Source: Octopus bimaculoides
Taxonomy: Eukaryota
NCBI RefSeq assembly: GCF_001194135.2
Contig: NC_068990.1
Coordinates: forward strand, 13,942,729-14,006,728
Reading direction: 5' to 3'
DNA: 64,000 nt
In this document: positions 1-13,419 of the stretch, piece by piece
Layout: every line of letters starts with the position of its first letter
Numbering within the stretch: position 1 is the stretch's first letter
Translations under genes and position numbers: made by a program
Notes under the pieces: generated by a model
Database searches by the model: none
What the model saw: the letters and a program-made list of their open reading frames with translations, nothing else
What the model was told of the DNA's origin: nothing

Positions 1-55
<55 letters not shown>

Positions 56-1021
56 CATAAATGTTTATATACAAATATTTATACGCATATATATATACGT
101 ATATATGTGTGTGTAGATATATATACGTGTGTGTATTGTGTGTGAGTGTACACATATATATGTGTGTATTCGTGCGTATGTGTATCTGTGTAATTCATCA
201 ATAATGCTTGCATAAATACATGAAGTTTTTCGGATATTACATATCAATTAAGTACAAATGTTATTTATCTTAAAGGGCCTCCTAGAATCGTATGCCTAAT
301 CATATCAACGTGCTTTATGTATAATTCAACCGAATATTAACAGGAATGTAATTGGGAAATAAATTCATATATAAAATTTGTAAAATATAATTAAATATAT
401 TTACATATATGAATGATAACAAATGAAATATATAAAATTTAAGCTTGATATATATAATTACCATAACTAAATTTATATAAATTTTCTTCTACGAAATTGC
501 ATAAAGTGTTTACGATATAATTATATGTAAGAGGCTATGCAAAATATTTAAGAAACTTATACAATTTGATTGTGCAATAACTTTGAATTCCTTAAGTGAG
601 AGATACGAAAGTGGTGTTTCTTCGCATTTCTACCTTTGCCAAAGTGTTAAAGAAGTGATCAATGTCAATACGAGAATCGAAACCGTGGTATTGACTCTGC
701 CTGCCTAATCGTATACTTTTCTCTAGAAGTGATTTATTACAGCTTTTCTTTAAAGCGGTAAGAGAATAGAATCGTTAGCACGCCGGACAAAATACATAGT
801 GTCATTTCTTCCGGTTTTACGTTCTAAATTCAAATTCCACCACTTTGCCTTTCATCCTTTCAGGATTGGTGAAGTAAGTACTAATTGATTAGTAGAGTCA
901 GTGAAATTCAGCTAACTCGTTCCCGCAAATTTTCAGGCCTTGTGCCTTTAGCAAAAATAATCATAGATACCTTTTGCCAAATGTTAAATCTCGCTATTCA
1001 ACATCGAGTGGACTATCAACT

Positions 1022-1324
1022 ATGAACTCTGAGTTCAAATTCCGCCGAGGTCGACTTTCCCTTTCACCCTTTCGGGGTCGATAAATTAAGTACCAGTTAC
1101 GCACTGGGGTCGATGTAATCGACTAAATCCCTCTGTCTGTCCTTGTTTGTCCCCTCTATGTTTAGCCCCTTGTGGGCAATATAGAAATAAGAAACGTTAG
1201 CACGTCGGGCGAAATGCTTAGCGGTATTTCGTCTGCCGTTACGTTCTGAGTTCAAATTCCGCCGAGGTCGAATTTGCCTTTCTTCCTTTCAGGGTCGATA
1301 AATTAAGTACCAGTTGCGTACTGT
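1022..1324 (+). mobile_element. SINE family A, dimeric form, cut by a gap
   Basis: tRNA-like B-box GAGTTCAAATTCC, then central GACTTTGCCTTTCATCCTTTCGGGGTCGATAAA..AGTACCAG (resembles the Meta/Sauria SINE core), then a linker and a second monomer. Confidence 0.85.
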
Positions 1325-2055
1325 NNNNNNNNNNNNNNNNNNNNNNNNNNNNNNNNNNNNNNNNNNNNNNNNNNNNNNNNNNNNNNNNNNNNNNNNNNNN
1401 NNNNNNNNNNNNNNNNNNNNNNNNNNNNNNNNNNNNNNNNNNNNNNNNNNNNNNNNNNNNNNNNNNNNNNNNNNNNNNNNNNNNNNNNNNNNNNNNNNNN
1501 NNNNNNNNNNNNNNNNNNNNNNNNNNNNNNNNNNNNNNNNNNNNNNNNNNNNNNNNNNNNNNNNNNNNNNNNNNNNNNNNNNNNNNNNNNNNNNNNNNNN
1601 NNNNNNNNNNNNNNNNNNNNNNNNNNNNNNNNNNNNNNNNNNNNNNNNNNNNNNNNNNNNNNNNNNNNNNNNNNNNNNNNNNNNNNNNNNNNNNNNNNNN
1701 NNNNNNNNNNNNNNNNNNNNNNNNNNNNNNNNNNNNNNNNNNNNNNNNNNNNNNNNNNNNNNNNNNNNNNNNNNNNNNNNNNNNNNNNNNNNNNNNNNNN
1801 NNNNNNNNNNNNNNNNNNNNNNNNNNNNNNNNNNNNNNNNNNNNNNNNNNNNNNNNNNNNNNNNNNNNNNNNNNNNNNNNNNNNNNNNNNNNNNNNNNNN
1901 NNNNNNNNNNNNNNNNNNNNNNNNNNNNNNNNNNNNNNNNNNNNNNNNNNNNNNNNNNNNNNNNNNNNNNNNNNNNNNNNNNNNNNNNNNNNNNNNNNNN
2001 NNNNNNNNNNNNNNNNNNNNNNNNNNNNNNNNNNNNNNNNNNNNNNNNNNNNNNN

Positions 2056-2605
2056 CCTTTCGGGGTCGATAAATTAAGTACCAGTTACGCACTGGGGTCG
2101 ATGTAATCGACTAAATCCTTCTGTCTGTTCTTGTTTGTCTCCTCTATGTTTAGCCCCTTGTGGGCAATAAAGAAATAAGAAACGTTAGCACGTCGGGCGA
2201 AATGCTTAGCGGTATTTCGTCTGCCGTTACGTTCTGAGTTCAAATTCCGCCGAGGTCGAATTTGCCTTTCTTCCTTTCAGGGTCGATAAATTAAGTACCA
2301 GTTGCGTACTGTGGTTGATCTCATCGACTGGCCCCCTACCCAAAAATTTCGAGCCTTGTGCCTAGAGTAGAAAAGTTTATTATTAAGATGGCAAACTGGT
2401 AGAATCGTTAGCACGCCGGACAAAATGCTTAATGGCATTTCGTCCGGCTTTACGTTCTGAATTCAAATTACCCCGAGATCGACTTTGCTTTTTTATCCTT
2501 TCGGGAGTTCATAAAATAATGTTACCTGTCAAGTACTGAGATCGAAGTAATCACCTATCCATTAGCTCCTCAATTTCCCAGCTTCGTGCCAAAATTTTAA
2601 AACAG
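2056..2605 (+). mobile_element. SINE family A: dimer remainder plus an adjacent older monomer
   Basis: Same core as above. A second head starts at about 2386, directly after TTATTATTAAG. Confidence 0.85.
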
Positions 2606-2627
2606 TCATCATCATTTTCCACTTCTT

Positions 2628-2653
2628 CCTTCTCCTCCTCCTCCTCCTCCTCC

Positions 2654-2688
<35 letters not shown>

Positions 2689-3797
2689 GTCATCATCAAC
2701 ATCCTCATCATCATCATCATCACCACCACCATCTATATCTTATTTTGAAGCGATGCTGATGGCACCTGCCATAATACATTTAAATACAAGCGCCATTTGC
2801 AATGCCAAGCTGTCTACGATTCTAAATTTAGTGATATTTCTGTTGGTTTGAAAATGTTGAAAATGTTCTTCCAATTGGTATTGCCAATNNNNNNNNNNNN
2901 NNNNNNNNNNNNNNNNNNNNNNNNNNNNNNNNNNNNNNNNNNNNNNNNNNNNNNNNNNNNNNNNNNNNNNNNNNNNNNNNNNNNNNNNNNNNNNNNNNNN
3001 NNNNNNNNNNNNNNNNNNNNNNNNNNNNNNNNNNNNNNNNNNNNNNNNNNNNNNNNNNNNNNNNNNNNNNNNNNNNNNNNNNNNNNNNNNNNNNNNNNNN
3101 NNNNNNNNNNNNNNNNNNNNNNNNNNNNNNNNNNNNNNNNNNNNNNNNNNNNNNNNNNNNNNNNNNNNNNNNNNNNNNNNNNNNNNNNNNNNNNNNNNNN
3201 NNNNNNNNNNNNNNNNNNNNNNNNNNNNNNNNNNNNNNNNNNNNNNNNNNNNNNNNNNNNNNNNNNNNNNNNNNNNNNNNNNNNNNNNNNNNNNNNNNNG
3301 TGCTGATGGTGGCGTCGGCGGCAATGTACGTCCGCAGTCGAATGTTGACGACGGTGCTGCTGTTGAGCGTTGTTCGTCTTTCCAAAAGAGGAATCACAGA
3401 CGGAACACACAAATTGCTCTGCTTTACGAATCTTTATGGAAACGGAAAGCTCTGAAGAGACAGTTGCAAGGGAAATTGCAAGGCTTTGATTTATCGCTCA
3501 CACTTCATCTCATCCATAATCATGAGCCTCCTTGTTACACGTTGTCCTTCTTCATAATGTTGATGTTGCTATTGTTGCCGTCTTTGTTCTTGCTGTCGTC
3601 GTTGTTGTTGTTGTTGTTGTTGTTGCTTTGTTGTTGTTGTTGCTTTGTTGTTGTTGTTGCTTTGTTGTTGTGGTTGTTATTGATGTTCTTGTTCTTGTTC
3701 TGGTGCTGGTTGTATTAGCGGGGGAAGTAGTTAAGTTTTTCTTCTATTTGTGGCTACAACAGTGAATGTAATGGTATTGGTCGAGTGCATCCTATTT

Positions 3798-3831
<34 letters not shown>

Positions 3832-3834
3832 AGT

Positions 3835-3872
<38 letters not shown>

Positions 3873-3876
3873 TAGT

Positions 3877-3941
<65 letters not shown>

Positions 3942-5097
3942 CAGCAGCAGTAGCAATAGTAGTAGTAGTAGTAGTAGTAGCAGTAGTAGTCTGAGATTTA
4001 ATAGTCGTGGCATTATATTAAAGCGAAAAAGGCGGCGAGCAGGAAGAATTGTTAGCACGCCGATTCGTTCTGAGATCGAATTCCGCCGAGGTCGGCTTTG
4101 CCTTTCATCCTTTCGGGGTCGATAAATTAAGTACCAGTCAAGTATTGGGATCGATGTGATCGGTTGTCCCCTCCCCCACCATCTCCACAAAAATCCAGGC
4201 CTTGTACCTATAGTAGAAAGGATTATATTAAGACGGATTAAGGCGGCGAGCTAGCAGAATCGGAAGCACGCTGAACGAAATGCTTAGTGGTGTTTCGCCC
4301 GTCGCTACGTTCTGAGTTCAAATTCCGCCGAGGTCAGCTTTGCCTTTCATCCTTTCGGGGTCGATAAATTAAGTACCAGTTGAATACTGGGGTTCGATGA
4401 AATCGATTCACCCCCCCCCCCTTCAAAATTGCTGTCCTTGTGGCAAAATTTGAAACCATTATATTAAGGTGGTGGCTGCTTTACGTTCTGAGTTTTAATT
4501 CCACCGAGCATCATAAGCGCGTCGGACAAAATGCTTAGAGGCCTATATCCTAGCTCTGTACGTTCAAATTCCAGATCTCACCGAAGTCGGTTTTTACCTA
4601 TCATCTTGTCGAAGTCGATGAAATAAGTACCAATCTGATCCTGGGGTCGATGGAATCCACTGGCTCCCTACTCCCCTATCCCCACCCAATTTTCAGGCCT
4701 TATCCCTATAGGAGACAGAATTATATGAAGCGGTCCAGGGACAGAATCGTTAGCGTGTCCGATAAAGATGCTTGGCAGCAGTTCTTCTGGCGTTTTATCC
4801 GGCCCTTACCCTAAAATTGCTGGTCTTGTACCATATAATTTGAAGCTATTAGAAAATATAGTTGTTGTGAGTTGATATGCCTCTGTTTCTGGTAGTGTTG
4901 ATGATGATGATGAGGATGATGATGATGATGAGGATGATGATGATGATGAAGAGGAAGATGAAGAGGAAGAGGAAGAGGAGGGGATCGTAGTGGCGGTGTT
5001 TATTTGACAAAAGTTATTGGTCTTTTGAAAGGAAAGCTGTGGCAATGGCGAAAATAGAGGCAATGCAAGCAGCTGTGTAGTTATTGACGCTGCCACT

Positions 5098-5175
<78 letters not shown>

Positions 5176-5537
5176 ATGGTGGTCGTCGTCATCGTCGTCG
5201 CAGGGCATTCATTTCTGTTTCTCAAGCGAGCGTTGCCGTCGAGTGTTATGCTGAGAAATAAAATTGCATTATTTTCGCCATTTTTATTGATGATAGTGTT
5301 TAATGATAATGATTCACTTTCTTCCTTGTCCTCATTTCCTTATCTTACTCTTCCACCCAAACATCTTACCTTCCCTTATCCTTCTTGTTCTTGAATCGTT
5401 TAATTGTCTTGCATGTTTGGTTTATTGGAGTGCAGTCCCCCTAAAAGGAAATCCAGGTTTCGGATCTGGCCCGGATATTGAAAAGGTTGACAATAACTGG
5501 TCCAACCTAAACAAGCATGGAATCCGAACGATGATGG

Positions 5538-5574
<37 letters not shown>

Positions 5575-5597
5575 CATGATGATCATGATGATGGTGG

Positions 5598-5626
<29 letters not shown>
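2628..5626. repeat. Cluster of trinucleotide microsatellites
   Basis: (CTC)(ATC)n 2628-2730, (GTT)n 3558-3715, (GTA/GCA)n 3798-3990, (GAT/GAG)n 4897-4980, (GTA)n 5098-5173, (GAT)n 5530-5626. Confidence 0.95.
4022..4800 (+). mobile_element. Head-to-tail chain of SINE A copies (three substantial, one partial)
   Basis: Heads at about 4022, 4240, 4465 and 4725, each following an ATTATA(TT)-type tail of the previous unit. Divergence differs between copies. Confidence 0.8.
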
Positions 5627-5628
<2 letters not shown>

Positions 5629-6869
5629 CTCGCTGTTGTTGATTTTCTCCAGATCATCCCTGCTCGTCTAAATCTATGATCAAATGCGCTCCAGTAACAA
5701 TTTCAAGGACTATATCTTTTATCCAGGGATCTTACAACAATGACGAATTCGAAGAATCGCAAATAAAGATGATTAACTTTAGTTACAAACAAAATATCAT
5801 TAAAATACTTTTTTTTTTTTTGCATTTTTTCTTTTAACATAAGCATACACCCATTGAAATGTCATTGAAATGTCATTTGTAGTGTCCCTGAAAAAATTCA
5901 TCGATAATATTTTAGATAAACTTATATTGATCTACAAGGGCACTAGAGAAATCATAGAAGGTTTTAAATGAATGACTTTCACGTCAGATATACTCCTGGA
6001 TATAGGAATATAAAAATGTCTCTCGAGCATATGTGCATTTCTTTAATACGCGGTTTGATTTTGCACCAGTATCCTTCTTCATTTTGCTTGTATGTGCTAG
6101 TTTCATCGATTTGGACAAACACACCAAATCTTTATTGGATTATCTATAAAAGAAATTCGCACATACTTCATAGGAAAATAATGTATTCACTATTCTTGTC
6201 AGAAAATTTGCAGTTTGCTTAGAATTTGCTTCTAAACTCCTGATATAAATGGCTTCGACTTTTGTAATGAAATTATTGGCAGAGCTACTAAAGAGTCTTT
6301 AATAAGAATTGTAAGTATATAGCTTATCTTTATCACAGTTCTTCACATGGTGTTTTCATGCAAATTTACCTTTTAATACAGATAGTTTATTCATTTCATA
6401 GTTACAATATGTTCATAGCGCCGAACTTCCTCGTGTAGAAGACCTTACTGTTTCATAAAGTAAATTATCGGGAGAGGAACTCTGATTAATAATGTTGGTT
6501 AAATAGCGCTTTCATAAATTGTACGGTCTATTTCCATGGTATCGAATCTGTCGTTGTTATTCATACTTGACTTTATTCAAGAACAAAGTGAAACTGAATT
6601 GCTTAAAAGAAAACTGAGTCAATAGAAGCAAAGAGCAAATAAATAACAAAAACAAAATCGAATACAAAAAGTAACATTAGTCCAAAAGATGTTAACTGTT
6701 AGTATTATTAGGTTGCAGACTTTGCATTTCATCCTTTCGGAGGCGATAAAATAAGTACCAGTTAAGCACTGAGGTCGATGTAATCGATGTGTTGCCTCCC
6801 CTCCAAATTTCTAAGCCTGTTACTTATATTGGAAAGAATTATTTATTAGTTGACGCTCAAAGAAGGAGA

Positions 6870-7100
6870 AAATGTTATAAATGAAAGTTACAGAGTAAAA
6901 TCATAACGTTTCGGACATAGACCTTCGTCAGATATACTGAGAAAAATGTAGGAAAAGGGAGAGAGAACGGTGAAAGTAAGATAGGAGAGCTAGGAAAATC
7001 ACACTAATCAAATCAAGAGTATGAAACAACCGACACAAAAAGGAACTCCTAATAACTAAGCTATTAGAATGATTTCATATGACTTTTTAAAAAATATATG
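6870..7100 (-). mobile_element. Penelope-like terminal remnant carrying a hammerhead-like motif
   Basis: Minus strand TAT-CTGACGA-A-GG-TCTATGT-CC-GAAACGTT-ATG. Confidence 0.45.
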
Positions 7101-7613
7101 CTTAATTATAAATTTTGATTATTTTAATTGTATCCAATTTTATTGATTATAAAGATACATGTAATACAGTTCGATTAACTATGCTTCACATATAAGAATT
7201 AATTTTTCTTTGATGTAGTCCCCTCCAAACTGTTGATTTGGATATCTGTTGATAGCCAACTAAAATAAACTGTTGATTTGGATATATATATTATCTAAGA
7301 GAAGTTAGTTGGTGAATACAATGTAAACTCTCTTATATAGATGAAGAACTCCACTTCCAAGAAACCTCAGAAGCTGAAGAGCCTAAAGTTATCTTCACTT
7401 TCGTCATTTATATAATCCGCCCCGTGTTTTAAGACAGTACTGTATGGTATGGAGGGATTTGGATGCTATTTTTCGCAGATCTAGTAATGAACTAAAGATC
7501 ACATTTTGGTTCATCATTGTGCTTCATGATAATTATGTTTTCAATAGGAACCATTGCTGAAAGCAATTATAACTTATGAGCTTTTAACAACTTTGTTAAT
7601 AGTTATATGATTA

Positions 7614-8370
7614 CACTGGTCAACAAGTATTTTTCATCAAGCATATATCAAGGTGTACTTAGTGTAGTTTTTAATGCAGATTTCAAATATGCAGTTAGTT
7701 TTTTTACATCACGTACAGTTTTCAAGTTGAGGAAGTTTTTTTGGTTTTAGCTCATGCATTATATAGAAATTCCAATTAATGACGTGTATGCATGTATTTC
7801 ATTTACATCATGGAAACATACCTTTGAAATAAACTAAATTATTCATTACTGCATAGTTTAGGTGTAATATTTCATCATCTTAAATTTACCAATCAAGTTT
7901 TGTCTGATGAAACAGGTATTTCAACATCTCAAATTGTCCTGTCATAACTGGTCTGATGAAATATTTCATCATCTCAAATTCAATATAACAGTTTGTATCT
8001 ATTTCCTTACTTGTTTTATAGTATTAACAATGTCAAGACAGTGTAGAAATCATCCTGATGTGTTTTGTTACGTCTGTGGACAATTTATTGTGAAAGCTCA
8101 AAAACGTACAACACCAAAGATCAAGAAGGTTTACGAGCTGTACTTTGACTGTTCTCTTGGAGATCAGGACAAGTTATGAACACCACATTTTATCTGCTCA
8201 ACTTGCTAAAATGGCTTACGTAACTGGTTAAATAAGAAGAAGTTCATGTCTTTTGCCTTTCCAATGATATGGAGGGAACTGAAAGACCATTTTAATGACA
8301 GTTATTTTTGCGAAGTAAATGTCACAGGATTTTCTATGAGGAATAAACACAAAACTGTATATCCCAATCG
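7614..8370 (+). mobile_element. Decayed DNA transposon 5' end, probably Chapaev3-like (CMC group), with N-terminal Cys-rich transposase region
   Basis: Starts tta|CACTGGTCAAC. From ATG 8030 the reading is MSRQCRNHPDVFCYVCGQF...LGDQDKL*TPHFICSTC*...FPMIWRELKDHFNDSYFCEVNVTGFS...VYPN, with two stops. Truncated at a (GTA)n tract. Confidence 0.65.
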
Positions 8371-8677
8371 GTCAGACAAAACAGCAGCAGCAGTAGTAGT
8401 AGTAGTAGCAATAATAGTAGTAGTAGTAGTAGTAGTAGTAGTAGCAGCAACTATAACTGCTGTTTAGCCCCTAAGTCAGCCCGGACCCTACAAGCTTATG
8501 ATCAGACACTTTATAATCTTGATTATCCTGTCTATTTTTACGGGCATTGTGTATTTAGGACTACACTATTCAATGTGCCCTAACTTTTTATTTATTGTTT
8601 AAAACTGTAACGCGTAATCTGAGGGAGATCTGGGAATACCAACAACATTGCAAATAAGGAATGCAAATTGCAAATAA

Positions 8678-8828
8678 GCGCAGGCGTGGCTGCGCGGTAA
8701 GAAACTTGCTTCCCAACCACATGGCTACGGGTTCAGTACCACTGAATGGAGCCTTGGCCAAGTTTCTTCTACAATAGTTTCAGGCATTGTAAGTAGATTT
8801 GATAGACGGAGACTGAAAGAATCCCGTC

Positions 8829-8881
<53 letters not shown>

Positions 8882-9070
8882 GCCACAACTTGACAACCGA
8901 TGTTGGTGTGTTTGCCTACCCGTAATTTAACGGTTCGGCAAAAGAGACCTATAGAATAAGCACTAGGCTTTAAAAAATTGTTACTGGGATCGATTCTTTC
9001 CACTAAAAATTCTTCAATGCGGTGCCCCAGCATGGCCGCAGTCTAATGACTGAAACAAGTAAATGGTAAA
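8678..9070 (+). mobile_element. SINE family B (tRNA head, internal (TG)n, GAAACAAGTAAAAGA tail)
   Basis: Head GCGCAGGCGTGGCT..GGTAAG..GGGTTCAGT, CCTTGG(G)CAAGT box, internal microsatellite, conserved tail CCAGCATGGCCGCAGTC. Confidence 0.85.
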
Positions 9071-10147
9071 AGATACTTCAAATGCTATTGTGTTTCTGGT
9101 GGTTGTTATTTATTTTGTGACCAGCTCCGAGGGCGAGTGGGCCAGCGATCGAAGGATTCCAACCGCGACCACATCGACCGGATTGCACACAGTATGTCTA
9201 GAAACACATCTTCACGTGTCCTTCCTTTTTCAAAAAATCAACGGGATGTAATTTGAGAAAGACTTGGTTGCTACTTCTAGCAAAAAGGATAATAGAATTC
9301 ATTGAGATTTGGTTACTATTTCTGGAGTCTTTCTTTACTAGTTGCATATCAAATGATTGAAAGCCGGTGGTAAAATTTTGACGTTTTTGTCATTGAAATT
9401 TTGTTGTTTTTTCTTCATTTTACAGTCTTAGAACGATAGACAAATCTCGGTTGTTTTCTTCTGACAGCAACAATAGAATTAGACATCTCAGAAGTATATA
9501 AAATAGAAAATAGAAAATTATTTCCTTCTTTCTTTTCTTTCTATTATATTATTAATAAAGCAAAACTGTCGTGGGACCAAACGATGACAATATTAACTGA
9601 CACTAAAGCTGTTAATCTCATAGTTTAATGAAATTGTATCAGTCTTTGTCTTACTTAAGAGAGATAAATCACCTTAGGGAAAAGGATTAGTTTCAAGGGG
9701 AAATAATTCATAAATAAGTTAACTGACCCAGAAAGGCAGCAGGATTTGTTTCCTTGTCGTACCTCTGGAAATAGCAGTGGTTGTTAGAGAACTTCTATGA
9801 ATTCACCAGCCTCAATTTCTGACCTCCTAATTCCCACGATTGTACGTAAATTACTATGCGTGGATCAGGGTTGTGAAAGCTCTGCCTGCAACACCAAGGC
9901 CGAGTTGGCGCCCCAAGATGAAGGAGGTGTTTGAAGATCCTCCCGAGACAACAATAAGGAGGTCGTGATGGAAGCTGAGGACGGCCGCTTTGAGTAAACT
10001 GTTATCTCCCAGCCATAATTTAGTTGTTAATATTATTTTGACACTTTGAAATATTTTCATTTTTAGATGGGATATTGCGCTTTATTTCCCTTTTATGCAA
10101 ACTGTCAAATGCATCTCGAACACACAAAGCCTCATACGTATTCTACC

Positions 10148-10200
10148 TCTAAGTTACGGGGACGTAAGCGCAGCATACCAACACCAGCGATGATGATGGA

Positions 10201-10245
<45 letters not shown>

Positions 10246-10392
10246 GTATATACGGTTTCTTTCAGTTTCCGTCTACCAAATCCACTCACAAGGTTTTGGT
10301 CGGCCCGAGTCCATAGTAGAAGACATTCGCCCAAGGTGCTACACAGTAGAACCATGTGGATAGGAAGCAAACTTCTTACGACACACGCCTGC
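10148..10392 (-). mobile_element. SINE family B, partial
   Basis: Head, body and (CA)n. Further partial copies lie at about 19192-19445 and 59640-59770. Confidence 0.75.
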
Positions 10393-12257
10393 CACTATAT
10401 ACAGACATTCATTACTTTTACCATGAGAATCCATTTTTCTTCGGTTTTTTTTTTGCTGTCTCTAAATCAAAAGAGATTTGAAGGCTCTCCCATAAAATAC
10501 TATTTATGGTGACTTTGAATGCACAATTATTTCTTTTGAATATCTATAAATATGAGCCTCAGATATCCGAATCGATAAGGAGTTGTACTGTCAACAAATG
10601 GCTCGTATCTTGTCTATTACATTTACGCTTCATGTCCTGTCACTGATACTCTATCTTCAGATAAAATAACTCGATCCTCATTTGTCGATTGACATCATAT
10701 TGGCACTGAAATTGATGATTGCCTTATCAATAAGGTACAAAATAATCAACGAGAACCAGCATTGTCTGTAGCCAGAATGTTTCGTAAGTTTCAGAAGACT
10801 CACTTCACCTCAGTTAGCTTGTCCAAGTTTTCAAGACATTATGAAATAATTTTCTGTAAGGCTGATACTATTAGGTAATTAAAGAGCAACAAGGAACCCG
10901 TTTTTAATACGGGGAACCAGTCGCGAAAGTCACTATGCCCCCTGAACAGCAATAGCTTTGCTTGAATAACCTTTGTCTGAAGAAGAACGGAGATATAAAA
11001 CAAAGCTATATTGATCTTCTGAAGCGTCTATTATCTACTATGAAATAAATAAGTAAATAAATTTTGTGTTTTGATTTTTAAGAGTGAGTGGGAGTCTGAA
11101 TGTGATACTTTTGAGACTATGATTTTGTGACACCATCATTATTACAGTGAAAGTAATTATCATATTTCAATATGGAAAACTTCTAAACAGTCGTGGTTTG
11201 TATGTCGATATCGGTGAAAATTCTCGTCAGTAATGCTGGGCAGTAGAGTGGATTGGTCGGTAATGAGGGAGGTTGTCAAAGTAAGGTAATATATCGCTCG
11301 CTGAAAATGTAAAATGGACAGATGTCTATTGGGGCGAACATTTCTAAGTGTTGATAAATTACAAATGATCAGTAAATGTTCTCGTAATAGCCATAATATT
11401 GCTCGATGTGGGAACGTCTTTGATTTATCCGCGACAGTGTGTTACTGATATCGATTTCTTTTAAGTAAACGCTAAACCAGCTTTGAAAGAACCATAACCA
11501 AATAAATTACAACAACTTATTTCGTAGACTCCATTAAATGTACAAGAAAGAAATATTCCACAGCAAGACGTTTGTCAGGCATTCTAATGTTTCTTCTACT
11601 AATACAACGCCTCATTTTCATTTATCAAGTGTTGTTGTTGTTATTGTTGCTGTTTAACCCTAAGTCAACCCTGATCAATTACACATGAGATCAAAAGTAA
11701 TCCACAAAAGACCACTCTAATATATTGAGTATGACATTATCCGGTATATCCGTCCTTATTTAAGACAATATAATGCGATTTAGACGAAAATTTGCTGTTA
11801 TTTCTAGCTGGTCGAACCACTATATAGAGGCTCCCTTGATGATTTGTTTAACCTCGAAGATCATTTACGAAGAAGTTGGAATGCTGGTAGAGCGCCGGAT
11901 TAAAAACTTCTTAGAATCTAGATATATTTATTTACATTCTAAATTCGAACTCAATCGAAGGTGACTTCATTATTTTCATCTCTCAATGATTAATAAAACA
12001 AGTACCAGATATAAAAATTAATAAAAAAAAAACAAGACTTGTGAAAATCCTCCATTCCGTCCTAACCTAAAGAACTGTTAATTTAATATCTTAGCCTATT
12101 TCGTGACCGATGGATAGGCCATCGTTACGTTTAAGCACTAAACTCTCAACTTCATTCTGTGTTCTGATGGATTTTAGGAGAAATTTGTTCTACATTCCAT
12201 ATGTAACTGTTTTTATATAACAAAAATTCCAGTTCTTTTTAATGTAGTATTCAAGGT

Positions 12258-12420
12258 TGCGAGCTGGCGGAATCGTTAGCACGCCGGACTAAAATACTTA
12301 CCGGCATTTCGTCTGTCTTTACGTTCTGAGTTCAAATTTCGCCGAGGTGGACTTTGTCTTTCATCGTTTCAAAGTCGATAAAATAAATGCCCTTGTACGT
12401 ACAGTAGAAAGGTCTTATAG
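12258..12420 (+). mobile_element. SINE family A monomer (internally deleted)
   Basis: Head GCGAGCTGGCGGAATCGTTAGCACGCCGG, B-box and core. Confidence 0.8.
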
Positions 12421-13419
12421 CATTACTGTCTGTACTTTTTGCCTATACCCAATAGATATAAGGCTATTTTCAATTAACTACGTGCGCCGAACACACAACC
12501 TACTTGGCTGCACGCCTTCACACAACGGACTGCTCCTGACAGATTCAAGACTTCAAACTCTTCACCAGTTATTCACTATCGTTACGAATCAGTTATCTAC
12601 AAATTTCATTTTTGTCTCCTTTGTACAAAGATAGCTAAATTAGAGTATCTGCACATCTGAATTATTTCAATTAAAATAATATTAAAAACAATAATGAACA
12701 ATACATAGAGTTCTGTAGAGGTTTATCTCTTTCTCTAAGGCATAAAATTGAAACAAGGCTATGTGGTTTTTAAATCATCAAATTATTATGCTTCGTTGTA
12801 GAACTATAAACTTTAATTTTCAGACTTATATGTCACAGTTCCTATTCACACGGAGCTTCATTTTCGCAGAACTACCAAATAAAAATAATTCCAAATGAAA
12901 CTGAAGTGTTGACCCGGTTTATCAAAAACTCGCCACTTCACCACAATGCACTTCATACTTCATTCTTTTCTGCTTAAGTTTAACGTTCAAGTGTTTTATT
13001 TTTAGAACCTAGGAAGATGGCAAGCTGGTGGAATTGTTAGCGCAACGGACAAAAATACATAGCGACATTTTTTCTAGCTTTTTACATTCTAAATTCAAAT
13101 CATGTCGAGATCGTCGACAAAATAAAGAATCAGCCCATTGAGTACTGAGGTCAATGTAATCGACTAATACCCTTACGAAAACAAAGCAAAATTGCTACCC
13201 TTGTGCCAAAAAGTGAAACCAGTCTTAGATACTCGGAAGTTTTCATTTTTAAACAGGTTTAGAAAAATGAAATTCTGGTTCGAATCTAGCCTAGTCCTAT
13301 GTACACATCCTGAGTTCATATTTTGTTTTGAGATCTCTCTTTTGATTTCTTTCTCACTTGCAGTGTTTGAAAGAAGGAGAAGTGCTAAAGGCTTTTGCAG
13401 GACTGTATATAACACTGAG

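Noticed and set aside
1068-2312. 257-bp segment repeated on both sides of a gap with 4 mismatches
   Set aside because: The copies share private variants and flank a gap, so they are most likely two haplotypes assembled in tandem. A true duplication cannot be shown.
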